Positions 38,548-47,968 of a stretch of DNA of 64,000 nt are shown here, in pieces. Position 1 is the first letter of the stretch. Each line of letters begins with the position of its first letter. The stretch spans positions 1,153,797 through 1,217,796 of the forward strand of contig OZ241353.1 of the NCBI GenBank assembly GCA_965200375.1. The letters run 5' to 3'. This DNA comes from Candidatus Azotimanducaceae bacterium (lineage in GTDB: Bacteria > Pseudomonadota > Gammaproteobacteria > Pseudomonadales > Azotimanducaceae). The position numbers and the translations under genes are program-made. A model generated the notes under the pieces. It was not told the DNA's origin and made no database searches. It saw nothing but the letters and a program-made list of their open reading frames with translations.

Positions 38548-40185
38548 ATGCCGGCCATGCAACACCGCTCGGAAGGGCCGCAACTGCTGCGCCCCCTCGA
38601 ACTCGCCGCCGATGCCCGGGACTGGACCGGCCGATGGCGCGGCGAGGACATCTGGCGGACGCTGCTTGCCGCCCGGGACGGCGACGTTCCGGCGCTGCGG
38701 CGGCTGCTGGATGACGATCCAAGCCTCGTAGACGCTAGCTGGTGGTACACGTCTCCGCTTCACTTCGCGGTGCGGGAAGGGCGCCGGGACGCGGTTCGCC
38801 TGCTGCTCGATGCCGGTGCGGACCCGTTCGGCCAAACCCTCTATGGCCAGGAGACCCTGCTGCAGGTGGCCGAGGACCGGAGTCACCAAGCTGTTGCGGA
38901 GAGCCTGTGTGCGGTGTTGAAGCAGCGAGCGGCCTCCACCGGCGCCAAGCACGCCATTCACGATGCGGTTGGCGCTGGCGATGCGGCGAAGGCCGAGCGT
39001 CTGCTTGCCGGCGACAGGACCTTGGCCAACCGCGGCGACGCCTTCGGCCGCCGGCCGCTGCACTACGCGGTCGAGAGGGGCGATGCGGCGCTGGTGGAAC
39101 TGCTGTTGAGCCACGGGGCGGACGTCGACGCCCCCGGCTTCAGCAGCGACGACCGCCTGGGCGGCTTCGGCTTCCGGCCGGTGGCGCTGGCGCTGTGGCA
39201 CCACGCCTACTGGCAGCAGCGCAACGACTACGCCACCGCGTCGCTGCTGCTCCGGCATGGCGCGGACTACTCGATCACCATCGCCGCGGCGCTCGGCGAC
39301 GAGGCCCGGGTGCGCGAGCTGCTGCGCACCGAGGCGTCCCTCGCCAACGCCGAAGATTCCAGCGGCAAGCGCCCGCTCTCGGCGGCGGCGGAGCGCAACC
39401 ACGGCACCATCGTGGCGCTGCTGCTGGAGGCGGGGGCGGACCCGAACCTGCCGGAAGGCCCCAACTGCCCTCGCGGCTATGCGTTGATGGCCGCCTCGCA
39501 CTTCGGCCATGCGGAGATCGCCGAGCGGCTGCTGGCGGCCGGCGCCGATCCGAACGCGGAGGTCGAGTCCTCGGGAACGCCCACCGGCGCCGCCAAGGAC
39601 GCGGCCATGCGGGCGCTGTTGCTGCGCCACGGCGGCCGGGTGCCGCTGGGGCAGCACTTCTGCGAAGGCAACCTCGACGTCGTCGCCGCGCTGCTGGACG
39701 CCAAGCCGGAGCTCTTCGACCCGATTCGCGCCGCCGAGGGCTTCGCCTACGCGGTGGCCTTTGGCCACGAGGCGCTGCTTCGCCTGATGCTGGCCCGGGA
39801 CCTGCGCGTGCCGCCGGTGGTCACCGTCTGCCAGACGTACCTGTGGCGCAATCACGAGCTCGCACGGCTGCTGCTGGAACACGGCATGGACCCCAACCTG
39901 CCGAACTGGCAGCAGGTTACGCCCCTGCACCACATCGCCAGCCGCGGCGACATCGCTGCGGCGCGGCTGTTCCTGGAGTTCGGGGCCGACGCCGGCGCAG
40001 TGGACGAGGAGTACCGCGCCACGCCCCTCGGCTGGGCCGCCCGCGCCGGACAGGCGGACTTCGCGCGCTTCGCGCTGGCGGCCGGCTTCCCCGCCGCAGC
40101 GCCGGGCATGCCGGACTGGTCCCAAGCGGCAGCATGGGCCGCCCGCCGCGAGCACAGCGACATCGTGGCGCTGCTCGGCGGCTAG
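38548..40185 (+). CDS. Ankyrin-repeat protein
   Basis: Multiple units such as SPLHFAVREGRRDAVRLLLDAGADP, RPLHYAVERGDAALVELLLSHGADVD and TPLHHIASRGDIAAARLFLEFGADA. Confidence 0.85.
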   Translation: MPAMQHRSEGPQLLRPLELAADARDWTGRWRGEDIWRTLLAARDGDVPALRRLLDDDPSLVDASWWYTSPLHFAVREGRRDAVRLLLDAGADPFGQTLYGQETLLQVAEDRSHQAVAESLCAVLKQRAASTGAKHAIHDAVGAGDAAKAERLLAGDRTLANRGDAFGRRPLHYAVERGDAALVELLLSHGADVDAPGFSSDDRLGGFGFRPVALALWHHAYWQQRNDYATASLLLRHGADYSITIAAALGDEARVRELLRTEASLANAEDSSGKRPLSAAAERNHGTIVALLLEAGADPNLPEGPNCPRGYALMAASHFGHAEIAERLLAAGADPNAEVESSGTPTGAAKDAAMRALLLRHGGRVPLGQHFCEGNLDVVAALLDAKPELFDPIRAAEGFAYAVAFGHEALLRLMLARDLRVPPVVTVCQTYLWRNHELARLLLEHGMDPNLPNWQQVTPLHHIASRGDIAAARLFLEFGADAGAVDEEYRATPLGWAARAGQADFARFALAAGFPAAAPGMPDWSQAAAWAARREHSDIVALLGG

Positions 40186-40309
40186 TGTGCCGCTTCCAAA
40201 ATGACGTGTGTTCCAGCGGGCGGGTTTCGTCGCAGGGCCGGGATGCCGGCGGCCTTGCGGGGCGGCACATCCTCAAGCAGCGCACGACGAGGCGACGGCG
40301 GACGAACGT

Positions 40310-40346
40310 GCCATTTGCCATGTCGATTCGGAATCGAACCACTAGC
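40310..40346 (+). promoter_or_regulatory. Conserved 37-nt 5' motif, copy 2 (upstream of the CorC/HlyC-family gene)
   Basis: GCCATTTGCCATGTCGATTCGGAATCGAACCACTAGC, same orientation as copy 1 at 12407-12443. Confidence 0.4.
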
Positions 40347-40447
40347 CGATCGAAATCGCGGTTGAGACAGCCACGTGCGCCACCGCCGCCGCGCTTGTGC
40401 CAAACTCGCCGCCAAGCTAGCGCTACAAGGGAGAGCCGTGCTCCGCC

Positions 40448-41764
40448 GTGTTGGCCGCGACTGGTCGGCGGCGGCTGCAATCCGTGAACGAGCTATCCAC
40501 CGGCATCCTGCTCGTGGCGACCTTCGTCATGATCCTGCTGTCGGCCTTCTTTTCCGGTTCCGAGACCGCGATGATGGCGCTCAACCGCTATCGTCTGCGG
40601 CATCGGGTGAGCGCCGGGCACCGCGGGGCGCGCAAGACGGATCGGCTGTTGCAGCGCCCGGACCGGCTGCTCGGCGTCATCCTGCTCGGCAACAACCTGG
40701 TGATCTTCGTGGCCGCGTCGTCGGCGACTCTGATCGCCACGCGCTGGTTCGGCGAGACCGCGGCGGCGCTGGTGACGCCGCTGGTGCTCACGCCGCTGGT
40801 GCTGGTGTTCGCCGAGGTGACGCCGAAGACGGTGGGGGCGCGGCGTCCGGAGCTCCTCGCCTATCCCTCGGCCTACATCCTGCAGCCGCTGTTGAAGGCC
40901 TGCCATCCGCTGGTGGCGGTCATCAACGCCATCGGCAACTTCCTCGCGGCGCCGATGATCGGCCGTGCCGAGGCCGAATCCGAGGATCTGTCGCCGGAGG
41001 AACTGCGCACGGTGGTGCGGGACCGCACAGCGCTGCCCCGGGAACGGCAGACCATGCTGCTGCGCATTCTGGACATGGAAGGGGTGACCATCGACGACAT
41101 CATGGTGCCCCGGGCGGAAGTGGCGGGCATCGACCTCGAGGCGGACGACGCGGACATCGTGGACGCCATTCGCGAGTCCCCGTACACGCGCCTGCCGATA
41201 TATCGGGAACACATCAACGCCGTGGAGGGGGTGCTGCATCTGCGCCGGGCGGCGCGCTTCCTCGGCCAGGCCACCTTCGCCAAGGCGGATCTGGTGCAGG
41301 AAGCCGAGGAACCCTACTTCGTCCCGGAAGGCACGCCGCTGCACACCCAGCTGCTGAGCTTCCAAAAGCGCCGGGCGCGGGTGGCGCTGGTGGTGGACGA
41401 GTACGGCGACGTGCAGGGGCTGGTGACGCTGGAGGACATCCTCGAGGAGATCGTCGGCGAGTTCACCACCGACGTGGCGGACGAACTGCCGGAGGTGCAT
41501 CGCCAGGACGACGGCAGCTACATCGTCGAGGGCAAGGCGCTGCTGCGGGACGTGAACCGGGCCCTCGGCTGGCGGCTGCCGAGCGCCGGCCCGCGGACGC
41601 TGAACGGTCTGGTCGTGGAACACCTGGAGTTCATCCCGGACGCCAACGTGGGACTGCGCATCGGCCGCTACCAGCTGGAGACGCTGCAGATCGCGGACAA
41701 CGTGGTGCGCAGCGTCAAGGTGCGGGAGCTGCCTGCCCCGCCCGTTGTCGACGACGACGCCTGA
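40448..41764 (+). CDS. CNNM/HlyC/CorC-family transporter (DUF21 + CBS pair + CorC_HlyC)
   Basis: LLSAFFSGSETAMMALNRYRLRH (DUF21), a CBS-pair region (IMVPRAEV..., ALVVDEYGDVQGLVTLEDILEEIVGE) and a CorC C-terminal domain. GTG start in the track; true start is uncertain. Confidence 0.85.
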   Translation: MLAATGRRRLQSVNELSTGILLVATFVMILLSAFFSGSETAMMALNRYRLRHRVSAGHRGARKTDRLLQRPDRLLGVILLGNNLVIFVAASSATLIATRWFGETAAALVTPLVLTPLVLVFAEVTPKTVGARRPELLAYPSAYILQPLLKACHPLVAVINAIGNFLAAPMIGRAEAESEDLSPEELRTVVRDRTALPRERQTMLLRILDMEGVTIDDIMVPRAEVAGIDLEADDADIVDAIRESPYTRLPIYREHINAVEGVLHLRRAARFLGQATFAKADLVQEAEEPYFVPEGTPLHTQLLSFQKRRARVALVVDEYGDVQGLVTLEDILEEIVGEFTTDVADELPEVHRQDDGSYIVEGKALLRDVNRALGWRLPSAGPRTLNGLVVEHLEFIPDANVGLRIGRYQLETLQIADNVVRSVKVRELPAPPVVDDDA

Positions 41765-42107
41765 GCGCGCGAGGCAGGAAGGCGTAGAGGACCGCGTTGA
41801 CGAGCAGCACCGCGGCGCCCAGGGCCACGCCGACGCCGGGGCTCAGGACGCCCGGGTTCGCAAGTTCCGGATAGAGAACCGGCAGCAGCAGCCGGGCCAG
41901 GAACCCGCGCTCCGGCCGCGAAGGGTCCGCCGCGAACTCCAACTCGGTGAGCGGGCAAGGCAGCTGCCAGATCGCCACCGCGGCGCCCCACGCCACCGCT
42001 GGCAGGTGCAGCCAGGCCAGCCGAGGCCAGCGCAGCACCAGCAGGGCGCCGCCCGCCACGAAGACGACGAACAGAAAGTGGGCGAGGACGACCGCCTCGG
42101 CCAGCAC
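41715..42107 (-). CDS. DUF2784-like small membrane protein
   Basis: VVLAHFLFVVFVAGGALLVLRWPRLAWLHLPAVAWGAAVAIWQLPCPLTELE. 130 aa. Its 3' end overlaps the convergent CorC gene by about 50 nt. Confidence 0.55.
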   Translation of the reverse strand: MLAEAVVLAHFLFVVFVAGGALLVLRWPRLAWLHLPAVAWGAAVAIWQLPCPLTELEFAADPSRPERGFLARLLLPVLYPELANPGVLSPGVGVALGAAVLLVNAVLYAFLPRALRRRRRQRAGQAAPAP

Positions 42108-42129
42108 GACGGGCCGGCGCCGACCGGGC

Positions 42130-43917
42130 CTACCGTGGCCTGGTCCAGCGCCGGTTCACGGCCGCCACGATGGCGTTCAGGGACGCCGTGACCGTGTTGC
42201 GGCTCATGCCGATGCCGAAGCAGGTGCCAGCGGCCTGGCCCTCGCTCGCACTCCCGCCGGCGTCGCCCACGGCACCGGCGTCGCCTACGGCGACGATGCA
42301 GATGGCGCGGGCGTCCTTCCCCGCCCCCAGCGCCCGTTCGTGGTAGTCGACGATGTTGAGCGGTTCGTTCAGCGTCGTCACCATGCCGTTCACGAAGGCC
42401 TCGATGGGGCCGGAGCCTTCGCCAGCCACCATCACCTGGCCGTCCGGAACGTCCAGCTTGGCGGTGCAGTACTGGGCGCCGTCGTCGCCCCGCCCAAGGT
42501 CGTAGTGGACCAGCCGGTAGGGACCGCCGTCCACCTGGTACTCGGCTTTCAGCGCGGCCATGATCTCCTCCGGCCGCACTTCGCGCCCCTGCCGCTCGGT
42601 GAGCGCCTGCACCACCTTGGAGAACTCCACCAGCATGGCCCGGGGCAGCGAGATGCCGAAGTGTTCCTCGAGCACGAAGCCGACGCCGCCCTTGCCGGAC
42701 TGGCTGTTCACGCGCACCGTCTCCTTGTAGGAGGAACCCACGTCGGCCGGGTCGATAGGCAGGTACGGCACCTCCCAGTGGCTGCGGTCCACCCGCGCCA
42801 TGCCCTTCTTGATGGCGTCCTGGTGGGAGCCCGAGAAGGCCGTGAACACCAGGTCGCCAGCGTAGGGGTGGCGTTCGTGTACCGGCAGCTTGTTGATGGC
42901 CTCCACCGTCTCGCGGATGCGCGGCATGTCGCGGAAATCCAGTTCCGGGTCGACGCCCTGGGAGAACAGGTTCATCGCCACCGTCACCAGGTCGCAGTTG
43001 CCGGTGCGTTCGCCGTTGCCGAACAGCGTGCCCTCCACCCGTTCGGCGCCGGCCATCAGCGCCAGCTCGGTGGCGGCGACGCCGGTGCCGCGGTCGTTGT
43101 GGGTGTGCAGGCTCACCACGATGCGCTCGCGTCCCGGAAAGTGGCGGCCGAACCACTCGATCTGATCCGCGTAGACGTTCGGCGTCGCCATCTCCACCGT
43201 GGACGGCAGGTTGACGATGATCGGCGCCGCGCCGGTCGCGCCCCACTCGTCCGCCACCGCGGCGCACACGTCCACGGCGAAATCGAGCTCCGTGCCGGTG
43301 AAGCTCTCCGGCGAGTACTCGAACTCGAGGCTGGTGCCGGCCAGCCGCCGCACCGCGGCTTTCACCAGCGCCGTGCCCTGCACCGCCAGATCCACGATGC
43401 CGCTGCGGTCCATGTTGAACACCACCCGGCGCTGCAGCTCCGAGGTGGAGTTGTAGAGATGGAAGATGGCCTTGGGCGCGCCGTCGAGAGCTTCCACCGT
43501 GCGGTCGATCAGCTCCGGCCGGGCTTGGCAGAGCACCTGGATGGTGACGTTCGGCGGCACCATGCCGCGTTCGACGATGCCGCGGATGAAATCGAAGTCC
43601 GGCTGCGACGCCGCGGGAAAGCCCACTTCGATCTCCAGGAAGCCCACCTCCAGCAGCAACTCGTAGAGGCGCAGCTTTTCGTCCACGGTCATGGGATCGA
43701 CGAGGGCCTGGTTGCCGTCCCGCAGATCGACGCTGCACCAGCGCGGCGCCGCGGTGAGGGTTCTGTTCGGCCACTGGCGATCGGCCAGCGCCACCGGTTG
43801 GAAGGGCTGGTACTTGGCGAAGGGCATCGCGCCCTTGCGGCTGCCGGCAGGCGCCGAGCTGCCGGCAACCGGGTCGCGGGCAGCGGCCCGCGGGTGCTGC
43901 GCGTTCATGGCACACAT
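42130..43917 (-). CDS. leuA: 2-isopropylmalate synthase (long form)
   Basis: RWCSVDLRDGNQALVDPM, LHTHNDRGTGVAATELALMAGAERVEGTLFGNGERTGN, and a C-terminal LeuA dimerisation/regulatory region. Start is at 43917 or 43908. Confidence 0.9.
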   Translation of the reverse strand: MCAMNAQHPRAAARDPVAGSSAPAGSRKGAMPFAKYQPFQPVALADRQWPNRTLTAAPRWCSVDLRDGNQALVDPMTVDEKLRLYELLLEVGFLEIEVGFPAASQPDFDFIRGIVERGMVPPNVTIQVLCQARPELIDRTVEALDGAPKAIFHLYNSTSELQRRVVFNMDRSGIVDLAVQGTALVKAAVRRLAGTSLEFEYSPESFTGTELDFAVDVCAAVADEWGATGAAPIIVNLPSTVEMATPNVYADQIEWFGRHFPGRERIVVSLHTHNDRGTGVAATELALMAGAERVEGTLFGNGERTGNCDLVTVAMNLFSQGVDPELDFRDMPRIRETVEAINKLPVHERHPYAGDLVFTAFSGSHQDAIKKGMARVDRSHWEVPYLPIDPADVGSSYKETVRVNSQSGKGGVGFVLEEHFGISLPRAMLVEFSKVVQALTERQGREVRPEEIMAALKAEYQVDGGPYRLVHYDLGRGDDGAQYCTAKLDVPDGQVMVAGEGSGPIEAFVNGMVTTLNEPLNIVDYHERALGAGKDARAICIVAVGDAGAVGDAGGSASEGQAAGTCFGIGMSRNTVTASLNAIVAAVNRRWTRPR

Positions 43918-44278
43918 CGTTTGGGTCCCCTTGCGATGCAGGACTTGGGAAGACGACTGGCTAGCTGGGCCTGTGGTTGAGTCGTGCCGGCTAGGCCGGC
44001 AGCAGCGGGGGCAGATTCGTAGCGGTGCGCGGGCACGGCCGTGGGGCGCGGGCCGACATGGCGGCCGGCGGCTCGCCGAGCGCGGCAACGATGCGATGGG
44101 CAGGAACCACGGGCGTGGGACCTCGCGCTGAGTGGACGCTAGGGCGGACTATAGCGCAAAAACGGAGGCCAGCGAGCAACTCCTAGCGAGGTTGCGCCTC
44201 GGGCCAGTCGGGGCTTGCAATCATGTTCCGACGCCACGCAGCATCCAAACTCGGCTCGTTCGAGAAAGTTCTCGCCTG

Positions 44279-45154
44279 TCAAGCAGGCCAGCGCCGCGTC
44301 GGACGCGGCTCGGCCGCCACCGCGGTCACGCCGAAGGCTTCGGGCGCCCGCCGCACGGCCGCGAAGCCGGCGCGGTGCAGGCGCCCCATCACGCCCGCGG
44401 TAGCGCGCGCCGTGGCGCGGCTGGCGGGATCGCCGACGTAGTGGAACAGCCGTCCGCCCGGCCGCAGCACGCGCCGCAGTTCGCGGTAGAAGCCCAGCCC
44501 GTAGAGTTCGCCGGCGAGCTGCGCCGTCGGCGGATCGTGCAGCACCGTTGCGAACTCGCCATCGGCGAAGTTCCGCACCAGCTCCGCCACGTCGCCCGTT
44601 TCGAGCCGCACTTTGGCGTTGCCGAAGAGCTCCCGGGACCAGGGATTGCGCCGCGCCAGAGCGATGGCAGCCGGGTCCACCTCGACGGTGACCACCGAGG
44701 CGCAGGTCCGGGCCAGGGCGATGGCCGTGTAGCCGAGGCCGGTGGCGGTGTCGAGGGCGCGCCCGCGGGGGCGGCGCAGGGCGCGCACCTTGGCCCGGGT
44801 GTCGGCCATCGGCGTGGCGCCGCACATGCGGTGCATGGCGAAGCCTGCCACCACGGTGGTCGGGGCGTCCGACGTGGGCAGGAGGGTCCGCACCCAGCCG
44901 GTGGTCTCGGAGAAGACCCGCATCGGCGCCAAACCAGCGGGCGTCGCCTCGAAGCACTTGCCCGGTTGCTCGGCAACGCGGGCCAACGCCTCTTTGGACA
45001 GCCGCAGGCCGCCGGCGGTGGCGCCGGCCGCGGTCAGCGCCACGGTGCTGGCGGAGAGGCCGAGGTCCAGACTCGCCTCCACTTCCCGCTCTCCGGTGGC
45101 GATGCCGGCCAGCAGCCGAGCCGCTACGGCGCTGGTCAGGATCGGCGCGGTCAT
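44279..45154 (-). CDS. Class I SAM-dependent methyltransferase
   Basis: RALDTATGLGYTAIALAR (motif I-like), VTVEVDP, VLHDPPT...LRPGGRLFHY. Start at internal ATG 45154 (MTAPILTS) of the 435-aa track ORF. Confidence 0.65.
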   Translation of the reverse strand: MTAPILTSAVAARLLAGIATGEREVEASLDLGLSASTVALTAAGATAGGLRLSKEALARVAEQPGKCFEATPAGLAPMRVFSETTGWVRTLLPTSDAPTTVVAGFAMHRMCGATPMADTRAKVRALRRPRGRALDTATGLGYTAIALARTCASVVTVEVDPAAIALARRNPWSRELFGNAKVRLETGDVAELVRNFADGEFATVLHDPPTAQLAGELYGLGFYRELRRVLRPGGRLFHYVGDPASRATARATAGVMGRLHRAGFAAVRRAPEAFGVTAVAAEPRPTRRWPA

Positions 45155-45175
45155 GGCGGCAATGTAGCACCGTGC
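45152..45175 (+). repeat. 24-bp direct repeat, copy 2 (CATGGCGGCAATGTAGCACCGTGC)
   Basis: It covers the start codon (CAT on the + strand) and the TACATT -10-like box of the minus-strand methyltransferase gene. 23/24 identical to 30885-30908. Confidence 0.8.
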
Positions 45176-45284
45176 CGGCGCAGCGCCGGCGGCCGGCGTT
45201 GCGCCGGCGGCCGGCGCGGCGTTGCGCCGGCTTGTAGTACGCTCACCCGCACTAGGGGAAGGCCGTGGGGCCCGGAGGCGCAGA

Positions 45285-46142
45285 GTGGGCGGAAGGGCTG
45301 AGGAAACCGGGGGGCGCACATGGACCCGGCCGGCGCGGGTGCTGGCCGCGGCTGGGCTGGCCGCGGCGCTGGCGCTGGCGACGGCCTGTTCCCAGGCGCC
45401 GGCGCCAACGCCGCAAGCCGAGGTGCCGCGCACGCCCGAGGGCGATCCGGACTTCAACGGCATCTGGCAGGCGCTGGGCGCCGCGCACTGGGATCTGGAA
45501 GACCATGCGGCGCGGCCGGGACCGGCGCCGGCCCTCGGCGCCCTCGGCGCCATTCCCGCCGGGCGCAGCGTGGTGGCCGGGGGCAAGATTCCCTACCAGG
45601 ACTGGGCGTTGCCGGTACGGGCCGAGAACCGCGCCGCGTGGGTGGAACGGGACCCGGCCGTGAAGTGCTACATGCCGGGCATCCCCCGTGCCACCTACAT
45701 GCCGTTTCCGTTCCAGTTCGTGCAGTCCAAGGACGCCATCCTGGCCGCCTACGAGTTCACGAGTTCGAGCCGCGTCATCCACCTGAACCGCCCCGGAACC
45801 GAAGCCGAGCTGCCAAGCTGGATGGGCTACTCCCTCGGCCGCTTCGAGGGCGACGCGCTGGTGGTGGAGGTCACGGCGCAGGTGCCGGACACCTGGTTCG
45901 ACAGCGCCGGGAACTTCCACGGCGAGGGGTTGAAGGTGACCGAGCGCTACAGCCATCGAGACGCCAACACGCTGCTTTACGAGGCCACGATCGAGGACGC
46001 CGAAGTGTTCGCCGCGCCGTGGACGATCCGGCTTCCCCTCTACCGCCGCAGGGAGCCGGGAGCGCAGATCATGGAATACAAGTGCATCGAGTTCGCCGAA
46101 GAGGCCACCTACGGGCACCTGTATCCGGACCAGGCCGAGTAG
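45285..46142 (+). CDS. Putative lipoprotein of unknown function (paralog of the next gene)
   Basis: GTG 45285 lies 6 nt after GGAGG. Lipobox LALATAC. The C-terminal core GDALVVEVTAQVPDTWFD...LKVTERYSHRDANTLLYEATIED...MEYKCIEFAEE is shared with the next ORF. Confidence 0.55.
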   Translation: MGGRAEETGGRTWTRPARVLAAAGLAAALALATACSQAPAPTPQAEVPRTPEGDPDFNGIWQALGAAHWDLEDHAARPGPAPALGALGAIPAGRSVVAGGKIPYQDWALPVRAENRAAWVERDPAVKCYMPGIPRATYMPFPFQFVQSKDAILAAYEFTSSSRVIHLNRPGTEAELPSWMGYSLGRFEGDALVVEVTAQVPDTWFDSAGNFHGEGLKVTERYSHRDANTLLYEATIEDAEVFAAPWTIRLPLYRRREPGAQIMEYKCIEFAEEATYGHLYPDQAE

Positions 46143-46191
46143 ACGTCTCGGGATGCCCCGCAACAGAACAGTGATGCAACGAGGAGCCGCC

Positions 46192-47310
46192 ATGTTCGAG
46201 TCCCCGCGTTTGCCGCAGCAACCGTTGTTCGCGCTCGCCGCCGCCTGCGCCGCCATCGCCGCGGCGCCGGCGGCCCTTGCCGCCGAGGACCCGGCCGCAG
46301 CGCTCCCCATGAAGACCGCCTGGGGCGTGCCGGACCTGCAGGGCACCTGGGATTTCCGCACCGCCACGCCCATGAACCGGCCGGAGCAGTTCAAGGACCG
46401 GGAGTTCCTCACCGAGGAGGAAATCGCCGCTTGGGAGAAGCGCGTTGCCGAAGGCCACCAGAGCGCCCTCGAACGCTCCGCCGCGGACGAACCGAGCCAA
46501 GGCGATGTGGACGTAGGCTACGACTTCATCTTCATCGACGTGGGCACGACGGTCAGCGGCACCCGGCGCACGTCGCTGATCGTGGACCCGCCGAACGGAC
46601 GCATGCCCTCCCACACGCCCTATGCGTTGATGCGGATGGCCGAGAACCGGGAGAAGTGGGAACGCCGGCCGCGCACGCCCGCGGACCGGCCGCCGGCCAC
46701 GCGCTGCCTAGTGGGCTTCAACTCCGGGCCGCCGATGAGCTCCGGCGCCTACAACAACATCATGCGCGTGTTCCAGTCGCCTGGCTACGTTGCCATTCTC
46801 AACGAGATGGTGAACGACCACCGCATCATTCCCACGGACGGCAGCCCGCATCCGCCAGACCACGTGCGGCTATGGAAGGGCGACTCCCGGGGCCGCTGGG
46901 AAGGCGACACGCTGGTCGTGGAGACGTCCAACTTCACGCCGCACACGAGCTTCTCCGGTTCCGGCCCCAACATGGTGCTGACCGAGCGCTTCACCCGCCA
47001 GGACGGCGACACCCTGCGCTACGAGTACACGGTGGACGACCTGGAGTCCTTCGAGGCCGCCTGGTCCACGGTGCAGGACATGCGCCGCACCGACGATCAG
47101 ATCTACGAGTACGCCTGCCACGAGGGCAACCGCGCCATGCACCTGATGCTCGCCGGCGCCCGCAGGGAAGAGGCGGAAGGCGAGGAGGACAAGAAAGGCT
47201 GGCTGCCCTCCTGGTATCGCGGCTTGCCGAAGAAGGCGGACCTGCTGGCCGCGGCCGCCGATAGCGCCGGCGCCGACGAGGGCGAAGAGGCTGGCCAGGA
47301 GGGCGAGTAG
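46192..47310 (+). CDS. Secreted protein of unknown function (paralog of the previous gene), acidic C-terminal tail
   Basis: ATG 46192 lies after GAGGAG. Signal peptide FALAAACAAIAAAPAALA. GDTLVVETSNFTPHTSF...LTERFTRQDGDTLRYEYTVDD...YEYACHEGNRAM parallels the upstream gene. Confidence 0.6.
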   Translation: MFESPRLPQQPLFALAAACAAIAAAPAALAAEDPAAALPMKTAWGVPDLQGTWDFRTATPMNRPEQFKDREFLTEEEIAAWEKRVAEGHQSALERSAADEPSQGDVDVGYDFIFIDVGTTVSGTRRTSLIVDPPNGRMPSHTPYALMRMAENREKWERRPRTPADRPPATRCLVGFNSGPPMSSGAYNNIMRVFQSPGYVAILNEMVNDHRIIPTDGSPHPPDHVRLWKGDSRGRWEGDTLVVETSNFTPHTSFSGSGPNMVLTERFTRQDGDTLRYEYTVDDLESFEAAWSTVQDMRRTDDQIYEYACHEGNRAMHLMLAGARREEAEGEEDKKGWLPSWYRGLPKKADLLAAAADSAGADEGEEAGQEGE

Positions 47311-47365
47311 GCCGCTGCTCCGCGCCCTCTAGCTGGCGGCGCTCCCGGCGCGCAGGACGGCGGGA

Positions 47366-47845
47366 CTACTCCGGCAGCTTGTCGTCTTCCGGCCGGGCCC
47401 GCTCCGTGGGATCCGCGCCGTCTCGGGGGGCGCCGGTGCCCGAGGAGCCCATGAAAAACTTGCGTCCGTCGGGGAAGGTGATGTCGCGCCCGCTGCCGGA
47501 GCAGATGGGGGTGCAGTTGCGATCCTTGCTCTGGTAGCCGCGCACCACCACTTCCGTTCCCGGCAGCAGGAGCTTGCGCGTCATCCCCCGCCGCATCAGC
47601 GTGTTGGGCGTGCCGGCCTCCAGCTGCCAGACTTCCGTGCTGCCGTCTTCCTTCCGATGCACGACGTGGACCCAGGCGTGGGGGTTGATCCAGTCCACCT
47701 GGACGATCCGCCCCTGCAGGCGGATCGGCAGTTCCGCGTCGAACTCGGCGGAAAAGGCGTGGTGCGCCTGGCTCGGGGCGGCGGCTAGGACCATGCCCAG
47801 CGCCGCGACGGCCAGACGAGAGGGCGCCCGGATGCGAGTGTTCAT
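47366..47845 (-). CDS. DUF6152-like periplasmic protein
   Basis: Signal peptide followed by AHHAFSAEFD...GRIVQVDWINPHAWVHV. 159 aa. Confidence 0.55.
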   Translation of the reverse strand: MNTRIRAPSRLAVAALGMVLAAAPSQAHHAFSAEFDAELPIRLQGRIVQVDWINPHAWVHVVHRKEDGSTEVWQLEAGTPNTLMRRGMTRKLLLPGTEVVVRGYQSKDRNCTPICSGSGRDITFPDGRKFFMGSSGTGAPRDGADPTERARPEDDKLPE

Positions 47846-47968
47846 GTGTCCTCTCGTGAGATCCCTGCTGTGAGGCGCATCCTAACGCCGCTGGCAGGCC
47901 TGCTGCCACCGCATGGCCGGCGTCCGCGTGGCTGGCACGGCGGCACAGGGTTCCGATCGGTGCCGCGC

